DNA of 63,287 nt, the filler included, from Asterionella formosa (Eukaryota): assembly GCA_002256025.1 (NCBI GenBank). It is 13 parts of 13 records of this genome, joined end to end, with 100 filler letters (N's around TTAATTAATTAA, not from the genome) between each part and the next. Parts side by side here need not be neighbours in the genome. Positions count along the whole stretch, not along the records: positions 43,918 to 48,688 come from NKIB01013369.1; positions 48,789 to 53,557 come from NKIB01013370.1; positions 53,658 to 58,422 come from NKIB01013371.1; positions 58,523 to 63,287 come from NKIB01013372.1; 9 more parts are not named here. The stretch is one strand, 5' to 3'. The notes below the pieces were generated by a model, which was not told where the DNA came from, did not search any database, and worked only from the letters and a program-made list of their open reading frames with translations. Position numbers and translations under genes: made by a program. Below are positions 47,201 to 59,279 of the stretch, piece after piece (the stretch's first letter is position 1; every line of letters begins with the position of its first letter).

Positions 47201-47291
47201 GCAAGTTGCGGTAATTTTGCTCAAACTAAAGGTTTAGCTATCTTTCTCCCAGATTTGAAATGTTAGTTAACGCAAAATGACCGCAACTTGC
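47201..47291. mobile_element. 91-bp MITE with 20-bp TIRs
   Basis: gcaagttgcggtaattttgc ... gcaaaatgaccgcaacttgc (1 mismatch); the same TIR occurs in four other contigs. Confidence 0.8.
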
Positions 47292-47691
47292 CATGTACCT
47301 GGTACCCTGGTACTGGTACTACCAACAGTAACTGAAACAAGACACCGCCGTCTTGGCTTACACATATTACCACTACATAATGTGCCGATTGATATTATAT
47401 AGGTATTCACTTTTTATTCGACGGAGAATGCTACCCGTAGTGGAAGCTAGTACACTAGTAATTTGCTAGCACCGTGTACAAAGCCAGTACCTGATCATGA
47501 ATGTTTGCATATCGCTCACAAGCATGACCATCTGTACCAGTTGCTGTACCTGGTACCTGGTACCTCTACTCATTACAGGTACCAGGTACTTCGTCGTGCA
47601 ATTCAATATATGTACCAGGATACCGGTATGTACAGTGATCATAAATTTTGTGTGGGCTATCATACTATGGTACTCCTACAATACATATTAA

Positions 47692-48688
47692 TGTTAAATT
47701 CTTCTGCAGTCTGACTGCAATGCTAGCTCTTTCTAGACAAGCTCGGTGTATTAAAACCTTCTGTTCTAATCCCACCTTATTGTGAGCTTATTTGATCTAT
47801 CTTGTAATCGTTCACATGACCAATTATTAAGGTTCTCTTCCCAAATTTGTATATAGATATTCATTGTGTTGTTAGACATTCAATTCTCAACTGACAACTC
47901 AACTCCACTCACTTAGTAGAACAATCGTGAATATTCAATGCTATCTGCATTGCGTATATACCTTTCCTTCATTGAAATATTGATTACTTAGAACATTCTC
48001 CATTCGAATATTTACCTTGGTTTGCTGATATAGTTCTTGGCAATCAATGCTGTTCAAATTCTCACAGCATTTCAATACGGGATTTTGGCTGGAATATTAT
48101 TCAAGATTGATTAGTTCGACTGAACTAATATGCACGCAGTACTAAATCTTGACATCCTCCCTGTTCCAGTTCCAACAATCCATTGTCCCATTGCAAATAT
48201 CATATGCATGCGATTCATGTACCTTCTGAGTTACATTCTTTGACAGCAGGTCACTAGGGTTTTCACATGTTTGAACATAGACCACAACAACATATCCATC
48301 TTCAGTCTTCTCACGTATAAAATGATATCTGACATCAATATGCTTTGTCCTTGATCCAACTTGTTGGTTTTTGCTTAGGAAAATCGCTCCAGTGTTATCC
48401 TCAGCAATTATTGCTGGCAGTTCCACATAGTAGACCTCATCCAATAGATTTGTAACAAATGTAGTATCCTTGACACCGTCGCTTAGGCTGACATACTCAG
48501 CTTCTGTGCTTGATGTTGTTACAATGTTCTGTCCTTTGGATGACCAAGTCACCAAGGAGCGTGCTCCAATAGTTCCGAGATATGCACTTGTACTTTTGCG
48601 AGTATCAGGGTTAATTGCAAATGCACTGTCAACAACATCCATTGGGCGCATTTCTTTAGGGGTTCGCATCTTCATACGCCGATGTTTC
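47692..48688 (-). mobile_element. Ty1/copia RNase H end (48142-48688) with PPT and a putative 3' LTR 47692-48154
   Basis: VDSAFA..PDTRKS, SSTEAEY, EDNTGAI, RTKHIDVRYHFIRE and NPSDLLSK motifs. CAGGGAGGA PPT, then TGTCAA...TTAACA; the distal LTR end is tentative. Confidence 0.92.
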
Positions 48689-48789
48689 NNNNNNNNNNNN
48701 NNNNNNNNNNNNNNNNNNNNNNNNNNNNNNNNTTAATTAATTAANNNNNNNNNNNNNNNNNNNNNNNNNNNNNNNNNNNNNNNNNNNNG

Positions 48790-49056
48790 TTTCAGCTATG
48801 TGGAAGGCTTGGCTATACTGGTCTTTCTGGTCCTGAAATCCTACCCACTAGGATTTATAATGGATTGGTTACCTCGCCTCTAGGTCCAACTATCTTGGTC
48901 TTTCCAACTTCTGGTCTTCCTACAGCAAAACAGGCATGCTGGACCCTAACTACGGCCCAACAAGCACTGCTTGCTTCCAAACAACTCTTTGTCGTTATCC
49001 GGACATCTGCCTGCCCTCAAGGGGAAATCCGTGGTCACATCCTTCAATCCATCTAG
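48790..49056 (+). CDS. 3' end of a CHRD-domain protein (partial)
   Basis: LGYTGLSGPE...LTTAQQALLASKQLFVVIRTSACPQGEIRGHI matches the CHRD L.G...LYVN.HT..P.GEIRGQI pattern; open to the contig start. Confidence 0.75.
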   Translation, partial: FQLCGRLGYTGLSGPEILPTRIYNGLVTSPLGPTILVFPTSGLPTAKQACWTLTTAQQALLASKQLFVVIRTSACPQGEIRGHILQSI

Positions 49057-49212
49057 TCCCTATAGGTATTGGTACAAGCAATTCCTTGTAATCCTCTCTT
49101 GATGGGTCAAATTGCTCGTTCATCCCACATTCAATCATATTATGAAATTGTTTGATAGATTTCCTCTAACAAATACATAAGCCTCTATACTAGAAAAAAG
49201 ATGGCCAATTAC

Positions 49213-49276
49213 TATATTGTGATGCTAAAATGGATACCGTACCATATATTGTGATGCTAAAATGGATACCGTACCA
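49213..49276. repeat. Perfect 32-bp tandem duplication
   Basis: tatattgtgatgctaaaatggataccgtacca occurs twice. Confidence 0.95.
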
Positions 49277-50102
49277 GGTACTAACTTCGAATGGCGTACT
49301 GGTATTACTTATTATATGCCAAGTACCTGGTACCTCGTACCCTGATACTGCCTACCACAACAACTCCGAGGATGTTGTACCATGATGTATACTGCTTCCA
49401 ACATGTACAGTAAGTACTGTGGTGCGTAACTTGGTACTAGGTCCCTGGAGATACTGACTGGTACAGTCCGGAGAAGTATGGTACTGTAGCTGGGACGATC
49501 GTAGATTCGATCTCGTCTCCTGAGTTCAAACGGCCAACATGATGACCTACAAATGACCATTCAAGAAATGGACGACATTGAATGACTTTAATCTCCTTTG
49601 AATGACTGTTTTGAGCCCGTTCTTTGCTTTGAGTGTACATACGGGTAGATGTATACGAATGTACTGGTAGCCAGCAGACAGGTCATATGATACACATTAA
49701 CATCCCGAATGTCTCAGTACACTTACATGCTGTGCTATGTAGGAAAATCAATTTTTTTCCCCATTGTATATATCCAAATGTTAAATTGTGTAACTTGATA
49801 CCAGGATATCTTGATAATAAATAATTACATACACATCTTTGGTCATCCATCAATTATAGTAGAGTACCCGGTACCGCCGGTTAGACAAAGTCTAAATAAT
49901 CCCACCCATGATGGGCTATGTAATAATATTACAGTTATATACCGGCACCAGTATGATAAACGCACCCAAAATCCTCGTCGGCAAACAACAACAAAATAGT
50001 AACAAAGGAGTAAAATAATAAATTTCATAAATAAAATGAACATTTGATCTTCGAAAGTGAAGATGACTGTTACATGTAATGTCAAGAAAAAGACAACCAA
50101 CC

Positions 50103-52543
50103 ATGGACCCGACAGAATTCAAGCGTAAGTCCTCATGGTATAGATGTATGCCAAGATCAACGAATGAAGAGGTTCAACAAGGATCTCTTAATTTCCTCTC
50201 ATTTCGCTCTGACATTTTTCATTTACATATTTAGCATCCGCAGAGTTTTCGCTACTAGTTGATGCCCTTGAGGACGGAATGCCACTCGATGAAATTCATC
50301 GCATTGTCAATTCGAACCGGAACTGTGTCAGGGAGAAGAGCGAGGCTGGATGGCTTCCCCTGCACTGGGCCTGCAATAATCTGGCACCTGTCAAGGTTGT
50401 GGAATTATTGGTAGCCGAATATCCCTTGTCAGTTATGGTGACGGACGATGTCTTTGTATGGCTTCCCCTGCACTGGGCATGTGCCAATCAGGCGTCACTC
50501 GAAGTGGTGCAACTTCTGGTAGAGAAATATTCGGATTCTGTCATGATCAAGGACCCTAATGGATGCCTTCCGTTACATTTGGCATGTGCCTGGGAGGCGC
50601 CACTCAATTTGGTGGTATTGTTGGTTGCTGCATGGCCTGCTTCAGTTATGGAGAAGAACAATGATGGATTGACTGCACTGGGCGTTGCAATTGAGGAGAA
50701 AGCGACGAACGAGGTAGTTCAATACTTACATGAACAATATGAGGATGTTACATACTTGCATAACGAATATGTCAAGTTGGTTGCGGAATGGCCTGATTCA
50801 GTTATGGACATGACTGATGATGGATTGGCCGCACTGGATGTTGCTCGTGAAGAGGATGAGCCAAATGAGATAGTTCAATACTTGCAGGAACAATATATCA
50901 AATCATGCTCATCATCATCATCATCATCATCCATGGACCTCCTCCAGTTCAATGACGATAGTGAAGGGATTGGGTCCGATTTTGATGTTTCACAACCGTC
51001 CAATAGCTCGAATCAAGAATCGAACGATGCTATACCCACCTCAAATCTTGAAACCATCACACATGAGGACTTACTACAGATGGTGAACGAGGCGAAAGAA
51101 GACCGAGAACTCTGGATGGATGTCCTGATTTCTCTTCAGCAGCAGCAGCCTGTAAACCAATCATCTGATTCAGTCCTTCTCACAGAAGAAGAGAAAAAGC
51201 TACTAACACTCCTCCTTGGTGAAAGGAGTATGGCCAAAGAGGAAGAAATAGAAAGACTTGCCATTCTTAATAGCAAGATATACAGCGAGTTTTATGTACT
51301 CCTTGTACGGAAACTTAACTCCATGATCGGTGCTTGTGAGAATCTTTCTTCAAACATGGTAGCGGAGGGAAGTAGTGTGTCTATCCGCTCCATAGTCCTT
51401 CGCATGTTTAAAGATAAAAGAATAATTGGAGATGGGGTTGTCAAGACAATGAACATTGGTGAACACATTGCTAAATTTATTGAAGTGGCAAAGAGAAATG
51501 TTCCTCTTCCCTTTAGTGATGGAATTGGTTCCTTCTTGCAGATGATCCTCCAAATGAAAGCAATGCGTGAGCAGTGCTTGGGTGTTGCTAATGTTGCCGA
51601 CTTTGCCACTCTAGCATCTCTGAAAACAAATGGTCTCCATGGGACATTCCGGTGTGAAGTAGAGCGCTTTGCAAGAGTGATGGTACGTGCCCTGTTCAAC
51701 AAGTGTATATTGTACAACAACAAAGCCTTTGAAGATAGCGACAAGGATTTTGGGGCGATAAAAAAGTACATGTTGAAGTTGCTAGCCGAACCAAACAATG
51801 TCCCCAGTAAGGAAAGGGGTAGTGACGTGGCCAACTGTGCCCTAGCCCATATCATGAAACCAGGAGAAGGTACTCCTCTTTTCTTGATGCTTGTTCTGCA
51901 GGAAAACGAAAAGGATGATATTAAGTTATATGAAGCCCTTGCAGCAACAACCTTGAACATGACTATTGAACAAGTCCGGGATCTACCAAAGTTTGAACTT
52001 TCGAAGGAGCTGCATAGCACAATTGGAAATGGACCAGTCACACAATCCCAGGACACCACAAAACATGGCTCCAATGATGGAAACAATGCCAGTACTGGTA
52101 AAGTGTTAGCAACAGAGCCTAGTATAGTTGAGGCTCTTGCCAAAACGGTTGAAGCTTTGGAGGAATTGAGAGCCTCCCATGCAGCTCTGAAAGCCTCCCA
52201 TGCAGCTCAAGAGAAGAAGTTGAGTGATACCCATGCAGCGCAAGTCAAAAATGAACAGAACACAAAGGCATTGAAGAAGAAAATAGATTGCATGAATCAA
52301 AATGTATCCAGTGAGGGTGGACTGATATTTGCGGAACATCATGAAGCAAACAAGAACAATGAAGTCACTGACCATTCTCAGGAAATTAAAGAGTTAAGGC
52401 ACCAGGTGTCACAGTTGTCAGAACATTCGTCAACTAGCAGCGAGCATATTGACACACTGCGTAATCAGGTGGATTGCATAACAATGAGAAATACACCAAA
52501 ACGACAATGGAAATTGCTTGGGAGAATTAGAAAGAAAAATTAA
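50103..52543 (+). CDS. Ankyrin-repeat protein with an unknown helical middle domain and a C-terminal coiled coil; probable first exon 50103-50124
   Basis: GWLPLHWAC / LPLHLAC / GLTAL ankyrin units; GTAAGT...TTAG intron 50125-50234 joins MDPTEFK in frame to the 50279 ORF. Confidence 0.85.
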
Positions 52544-53657
52544 AATTTCCTTTTCGATGCCATCGTGTTAGCTTTTGTTTCAACCCTGCATTCTTCCTGT
52601 TTTTATGCTTAGAGACAGCAATTGCTGTCCTCTGATTTGATTGCTTGCATGTTTATGTGCCTTCTCATCGACCAGCTCAAAAATCACTTTTTGCATGTTT
52701 TGTGCCTGGGCTGCCAGAGTCTCGCAGGTGCACTTCAATTTTGCGCCATATACCCATATCTTGATGTGCGTTAATGACATGGTTGGTTATTGTTTTTACC
52801 TTTTGCTTTTCCAAGGGGCTCATTGCTAGAGTTCCAGAAAATAATCCATCACTTATTAATGCGGGAAATCAAAGCTGTGTTGTCGGTAAACTCTGACTGC
52901 TGTAATGTAGATGGTGTTGTTACCCCTCGGGCATCATGGTAGATAACAGAACATCGACCACCACTATGCTACCAAGATAATCGCCTGGCTCTGGGTGTAA
53001 GTATGACACCATTGCTCCTCCTCCTGCAACATTGGCCATAACAGTTTGCTGAGGGAAACCACCGAATATCAAATACAAATAAACGTAGTTTAATAACCAA
53101 TAAGACAGGATCAATATCGAACGAATCTATTTTAGTTATATGAGATAGTATCGTCATTTCCACAAAAGGCAACTCATCAACCATCAGTTGGATCGCTCAC
53201 AAAACGGCAACAAGAGAAGACCGGGAACATTCGAATATACATGAATGACACCTGGAACATCGCCCATAACACCTCTCAAATCGATACTGAGATCGCCACC
53301 AAACATTGTCAAGGAGGACCCAGCAGCTTTGATGGAAACGGCATCGGCATCTGAAGCAAGTTACAAATCGAATCCAACAACAACCGAAAACAAACCCGGA
53401 AACCCATCAGATACTTTCATACCGGGATCGTAAGACTATTCACCCGTAGGAACTTCGAATATTCTCACACTCCCTTATTCGAGCAGACAACTTGCGCAAC
53501 ATACACGTGCAGGTCACCAGCGCTGCAACGATTTGCGATGACGCAGAAAAGTCATAANNNNNNNNNNNNNNNNNNNNNNNNNNNNNNNNNNNNNNNNNNN
53601 NTTAATTAATTAANNNNNNNNNNNNNNNNNNNNNNNNNNNNNNNNNNNNNNNNNNNN

Positions 53658-54481
53658 ATCACCATGTGATTGCTTCCAAAATCCTTTTCGAATTGGCAAG
53701 CCGTACTGAACAATTTGAGACGGTTTCACCTTACGATCACGGGCTGCCTGGTTCAAGACATCACTGGGAACGAAACACTTGTCGACTCTTTTGGTGTTCA
53801 CGTTTTGTAAATGGGGGTGAGAATCTGTAATGGGGTACGATAACAACCATATTCTACTTACCCTGGGTTGAACCATGTTGGATGAGCACCACCCAAATCA
53901 GTAACTACTGTCGCAAAGGGCGTCGTTCTTCCCTCCCATTTTCTTGTCAATCCAATAGAATCCAAATCGGCCAAAATTCTTAATGGCAAGTCTTGACAAA
54001 GTGGGTGCACAGAAATGACCATATCCGCTCGCTTTGATGTCGAACCTGAGGGACGATTGAGGCATTCCTTGAATGGAACGAAACAAAACTCTTCCAGCAA
54101 AAGCGCATTCAACCAAAGTCCTAATCGTGTCGCGCCGAAGCGATAGAACCAATCCCATAAGAAGGTGTATTGCGCCATGAGCTTATAGAGTCCGACGTAG
54201 TCGTTGTAGGGCCAGAATGGTCCGTAGTCTGTGTAAATGTCAACAATGTCACATTCGATTTTTCCGGGATGAAGAACATCAAAGGCATCTCGGAGTGCAT
54301 TGGCCGACGCTCTATGTCCACCACCTGTATCAGACATAAGAATTTGAATGGTATAAACATCGCTTTGTGCTCGAAGAAAGGCTTTCGGCTTTGATGATGA
54401 AGTTGAAGGCACCACAAAGGCATTTGTGGTGGTTATTAACAAGGCCAAGAAGATCGCACGCCATCGTGTCATCTGCATCAT
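53658..54481 (-). CDS. MGD: Monogalactosyldiacylglycerol synthase (GT28), 5' part; intron 53861-53788
   Basis: ILMSDTGGGHRASA, ISVHPLCQ, VVTDLGGAHPTWF and YGLPIR motifs; signal peptide ending TNA-F (plastid bipartite type). Confidence 0.96.
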
Positions 54482-54958
54482 TCTACAAGGGTGTTATGTG
54501 TTTTGCTGCAAGAGTTTCCATTCATGGGAAAGGTAAGGTCGATTTCGAGAGGCAAAATGAGATTGCAGGGGTGACACTTGGCTGTCGGCTTTCGTTCGCT
54601 TGAAGTTCGTTGTGGACGCATCGAAGTTGACATCCCTTCTCAGCGTTTTGATACACACTTCCGCGATACAGATGTAAGACATCAGCGGATACGTACCGGT
54701 TTGTACTATACCGTTATCCGGAAAACGGGTATTCCGCATCTGTACTTGTCTTTTATTGATATATGAATATTATACTCAACATTTAATATACTCATGTATA
54801 TATGACCTCACAAAGCCCTCACATCAGATCTCGGACACGATCCAGTGTTCAAGTCCCTATTGACCACTTCGCTCGTCATCTGGCTCAGTCGATGAGTTTC
54901 CACTCTATAGATCATCGCAAAGCACTTACCCAGAAGTAAACCCAGCACCGCACAAAAA

Positions 54959-56646
54959 ATGAGAAACAAAAACTTCTTTCCCACAGGGAGGATAGCACTA
55001 CTCGCAACTTGGATTGCACTTTCGCAGGGCGTCGTGACCGGCTTTCGCCATTCAGTAGTCCATCCTTCGACCAAGACGCGATCGACTTCTTCCAGGCTCT
55101 CGGCGGCGTCATCGCGGCTGAAACGAGTTTCCAATTTATCAAAATGGTCTCAACAGATTGGTATCAAGTGAGTCCAGTATCCCCGATTGCCTGCAGGTTC
55201 ATCCCAAACTGCCATTCTTTTATTCTCACCTACCCACATAGAATCGGAGGGTTAGTTGTCGACAAAAGCGACTATGGCGGACTCGGGCTTTTGACCACCC
55301 AGGAAATCAAGGACAATGTAGTTGTCATATCCGTCCCATCTAATGTTGCCCTCTCCGTAGAGTCACCCGGGGGTGGTCCGGATGATCGAGGCCCATTTGA
55401 ACTTGTGTCAGACCGCAAGGTGGTGAGGGATGCTCCATGGTATGTTCAGTTCGGTCTCTATCTATATTCTTTGGATAATGTATCTGCCACAAGAGGCAAA
55501 GGCTTGGATATGCGGCCATGGTTAGACTCCTTGCCACGACAGTTTGATACTCCAATTCATTGGAGCGCAAGCACCATGGATGCTTTGCAGTATCAGCACA
55601 TGGTTGACGCTGTTTCGAGGCAGCAAGTGGAGTGGAAAGCGCATTACAGCAAACTTATGAATATGGCGACGCCTCAATTGAAAATGACATGGACCGACTT
55701 CCTCTGGGGATGCGAATGTGCCAGGTCGCGAGCCTTTTCAGGGGCTTATACGGGATCCGCCTTTAATCCTTGGACTTACGCCTTCACGCTCTTGCTGGTT
55801 ACTATTTACGTTGGACTTGGAATGGGAGATTTGGAACAAGCTGCGAATGGTGGTGCCTTAGTTGTTTGCGCGTCCATTTTGAAAGATTTTGTTGTGCCTA
55901 AGTTGTTTAAGACGAAGCGGTATGTCATATGCCCGATTGTGGACATGGCCAACCACAAGTCCGTGGGTACAACTGGCGACGTGTCGTTTGAGTTTTTTGG
56001 AGATGCCTATAGTTTGGCTTCGACTGGAAATATCGGACAGGCTTCGGAGCTCTCGATTAGTTATGGTGCCCGCTCGAATGATCAGCTACTTCAGTATTAT
56101 GGCTTTGTGGAGGTTGAAAATCCACATGATGTGTATGTTATGCCTCCTCTTCGAGAGTGGAAGATTGAGGATTTGGAAAAGGCTGTTGGGCGAACATTTT
56201 CTCCAGGGCGGTTGCAAAAATTAGATAGGGTAGGACTCTTGGGAAGTACTGCGGTATTGGACGATGCTGGTGGGGACGAAATTGACAATCCCTTGGGTGG
56301 AGTAGTTGTCACGCGAGCCACAGGTATTGACCCTGCCGTTATGATTGCACTCCGTGCTCTAGTGTCATCAGAAAGTGAGTGGATCGATGCTGGAGAAGCT
56401 ATTGGAAACTTTGCGGCGGAAGGCTCAGGTGGACCTGAAAATGAACGATTGGCTCGACTGGCAGCCAAGACTGCGTTGGAACTGGAGTTGGCGTCAAAAC
56501 CTACAACTATTGACGAAGATGTGGAGCTCTTGAAGCGCAAAAAGGCGTCAAAGAGCATGGATTCCTCGGCAGAGGAAACTTTGCCGATCCTCTTTCGATT
56601 GGAAAAGAAAAAATTACTGAAGGAAATCATTGGAACACTACAGTAA
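54959..56646 (+). CDS. SET-domain Rubisco-LSMT-like protein lysine methyltransferase, probably plastid-targeted; exons 54959-55167 and 55242-56646
   Basis: GGLGL, SRAF, PIVDMANH and SYGARSNDQLLQYYGF motifs, plus a PTTIDED..LL / FRLEKKKLL substrate-binding tail; signal peptide ending VTG-F. Confidence 0.92.
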
Positions 56647-56694
56647 AAAAGCGCTAAAATGCAAACCATTCAACATGTAATAAAGCAAGAATCT

Positions 56695-58410
56695 CTACAC
56701 CATTGCATCATTTAGTCGTTCTACTGCCACCGCCAGCTCATCCGCTTTGGTGACGGCACCAATGACAGCAACACAATCTGCTCCAGCAAACTTTACTGCT
56801 CTAGCCGTCTCTGGATCACCAATGCCACCAATTGCCACAAGGGGAATGTCAGGATCGATGAGCTTTCGCCACCTCGCTACGATCGCCAAGCCTTGCGGGT
56901 CAAAGGCTACCTTCTTACTGGATGTTCCAAACACAGGCCCCATACTAATATATGACGGCTTAATACCAGCAGCTGCAGCCAATTCTGCGTAGGAATGAGT
57001 GGATATTCCAAGAGCCATACCCTTTGCTCTCAGAATTTCCAATCCCCCTGCTTGTATACATTTGACAAGGTCCTCTTGTCCAACATGTACACCAAAGCAT
57101 CCCGCTTTGACGGCGGCTTCCCAATGATCATTGATCCACAGTCTAACATTGGCTCGTTCGCACATGGTTTGGCATAGTTTGGTCCGTTCGAGAATAATAC
57201 TCGGATCCGTTTGATCCTTGATTCGCAACTGTATGTCCGTCACGCCTGGAATATTTGCTAGTCTCTCGACCCATTCAACTGTGTCAACAATGGGTAAAAT
57301 GCGACCCAATATAGGTTTTTCATCCAAGCTGGAACTTGACCATGCCTTCATCGGAAGAAATGGAGGTATATCGGATGAGCGAATCGTCGGATCAACCGCA
57401 ATGGTTGGAAAATGTCGAAACGAGGATGGAAACTCTGTATGTTGCACTGGACCTGGCCCTTTTCCTATACCCATGGCTTTTCCAATTCCAGCTGTCACGT
57501 ACGCTTTTGCCAAACAGCAAGCATCTATGGGATAAATAGCAGATGTGGCACCCTGAGGTTGATTGTCCAATTGTCGTCGTTGATGACCCAGCGCTAAGGC
57601 TGATGCAATTACTGAAGAAAGAGTGCATCCCGTTCCGTGTGTGTGTTCGGTGTCATACCTATCAGTGCGAAGCCATACTCCTCCGTCGCAGAGTCGTTCA
57701 TCGCCCACCGCTGGAACGGACGATAGGAAGTAGTCTTGAGCATAGCCTAGTGTTGCATTGATGTCAGGATCAAAAATGTGAGGAACTTCCTTACTTTCGG
57801 ATAAGGAATGACCTCCCTTAATCAAAACCGCCTTTACTCCCATGGCAAGAAGTTGTTTGGCTCCTTCTTCTACATCTTGCGGAGTCAATAATTTCCTGCC
57901 CAGCAACGCTTCTGCTTCGAATTTGTTAGGTGTCAATAAATCAGCATGCGGAAATACGCTTGCAATCATAGCATCCTTCGCTTCATCATCAATCAAAGCA
58001 TGCCCCGACGTGGATATCATGACTGGATCTAGTACCACCCATGGCATATCGTTCGATCGGGGCAAGAGTCTTGCCAGGGTCGCCCCGACCGTCTCTGCCA
58101 ATTCCTTGGTCCCCAACATGCCGATTTTAATGGCTCGTGGTGGCATATCCTCCCATAGCGTCTCCAGCTGTTGTTTCAAGAATTCTACGGGCGGAACATG
58201 TACTCCTGTTACCCCACAGGAGGACTGTGCTGTCAAACAAGTAATGGCGGAGCATCCGTGGCAGCCCATGGCATGAATTGCGTGCAAATCAGCTTGAATG
58301 CCGGCGCCGCCTCCTGAATCCGAGCCAGCAATGGAATAGACAACGGGAGGTGGAGGCGTCATGCTGGAAACGCAGGAACTTGTAGTCACCAATAGGAGGA
58401 AGCGAAGCAT
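56695..58410 (-). CDS. TH1: Bifunctional HMP-P kinase / thiamine-phosphate synthase (ThiD-ThiE fusion)
   Basis: IAGSDSGGGAGIQAD, DPVM, TPNKFEA and THGTGCTLSS motifs, then QLRIKD, INDHW, GVHVGQED, GISTH and VAIGGI; the start lies close to the contig end. Confidence 0.96.
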   Translation of the reverse strand: MLRFLLLVTTSSCVSSMTPPPPVVYSIAGSDSGGGAGIQADLHAIHAMGCHGCSAITCLTAQSSCGVTGVHVPPVEFLKQQLETLWEDMPPRAIKIGMLGTKELAETVGATLARLLPRSNDMPWVVLDPVMISTSGHALIDDEAKDAMIASVFPHADLLTPNKFEAEALLGRKLLTPQDVEEGAKQLLAMGVKAVLIKGGHSLSESKEVPHIFDPDINATLGYAQDYFLSSVPAVGDERLCDGGVWLRTDRYDTEHTHGTGCTLSSVIASALALGHQRRQLDNQPQGATSAIYPIDACCLAKAYVTAGIGKAMGIGKGPGPVQHTEFPSSFRHFPTIAVDPTIRSSDIPPFLPMKAWSSSSLDEKPILGRILPIVDTVEWVERLANIPGVTDIQLRIKDQTDPSIILERTKLCQTMCERANVRLWINDHWEAAVKAGCFGVHVGQEDLVKCIQAGGLEILRAKGMALGISTHSYAELAAAAGIKPSYISMGPVFGTSSKKVAFDPQGLAIVARWRKLIDPDIPLVAIGGIGDPETARAVKFAGADCVAVIGAVTKADELAVAVERLNDAMV

Positions 58411-58522
58411 GCGGAGCAAAAANNNNNNNNNNNNNNNNNNNNNNNNNNNNNNNNNNNNNNNNNNNNTTAATTAATTAANNNNNNNNNNNNNNNNNNNNNN
58501 NNNNNNNNNNNNNNNNNNNNNN

Positions 58523-59022
58523 GCAAACCTACCAATCCAACATCCAAAGCCAAGCTGTAGCTCCGAGTAAAGTCCTATCCCAAGCCCTACAGATGCTGTA
58601 ATCAGAGGATAAGAAATAGAAAACAGATGCATGACGGGTTCAGCAAGCTTCTTCATTTTTGTGTCGTTCATTCCGTATCTGACCACCAAGAGGAAGTTGA
58701 GATTGAGCATCACGTTGTAAAAGCTAATGATCGTAATGCCAAATTGCGCAAAGAAGCCCAGGGCGGAGCAAGTCCTTGCGTTTCCGAAGGACCAGATCCG
58801 ACCGCCGCTGCTTTCTGGAACCAGAAAGGGTTGCAGGGCATAGCAAATGTTATGCACAATGTCGAAACAGGACATGCACAGGAGCAAGCGCTGGTAGGTG
58901 CCCCGCAATTTCTGCTTCAGGGTCAGGTGGATGATGGATCCAGAGCCGAGGGTTGAGAGGGAGCAAGCGACAATGGATGGGATAATCACAGATATTTGTT
59001 GACTATCAGTTAACGGAGGCAT
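58523..59022 (-). CDS. GPCR-like 7TM protein (Git3/cAR-like), N-terminal part
   Basis: LSTLGSGSII, YQRLLLCMSCFD, GNARTCSALGF, YNVML, EPVMH and GCWI motifs; cut by the contig end. Confidence 0.85.
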
Positions 59023-59279
59023 CGTGGCGCATTACCGATATTGTCGCAGCATATCAACATCGTGCCATTTGCTACTGGTACCGACAGGCTTATTATGCTC
59101 CTCAAGTTGGGACAGCCAGCAAAAGTCATCTTCTTCGTGATGGTACCTGGTACCACCTAAAAACTGAGAGTCATCCTTATTTTACCCCATGTTACGACTC
59201 AAATTATTTTAGTCCGATTACCGGTACATGGTAATGTTGAAGCAAGTACGAAGGTTATTGTAGTTCGTCCACTCACGTA

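Noticed and set aside
51292..52143. Long antisense ORFs (also 2550-3278, 56097-56669, 60645-61151)
   Set aside because: These are shadow frames of real genes or transposases on the opposite strand, with no recognisable motifs.
56647..56694. TPP riboswitch associated with TH1
   Set aside because: No CTGAGA...CCTGAT...GCGTAGG aptamer pattern near the gene, and the 5' flank is cut by the contig end. A ctgaga..ataccc at ~44255-44277 lacks the rest of the aptamer.
4789..58522. Regularly spaced TTAATTAATTAA repeats every ~4.87 kb, and gene neighbourhoods that span them
   Set aside because: These are artificial linkers between length-sorted contigs. ORFs containing X runs and cross-linker clusters (e.g. 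NAD, pterin and thiamine genes together) have no biological meaning.
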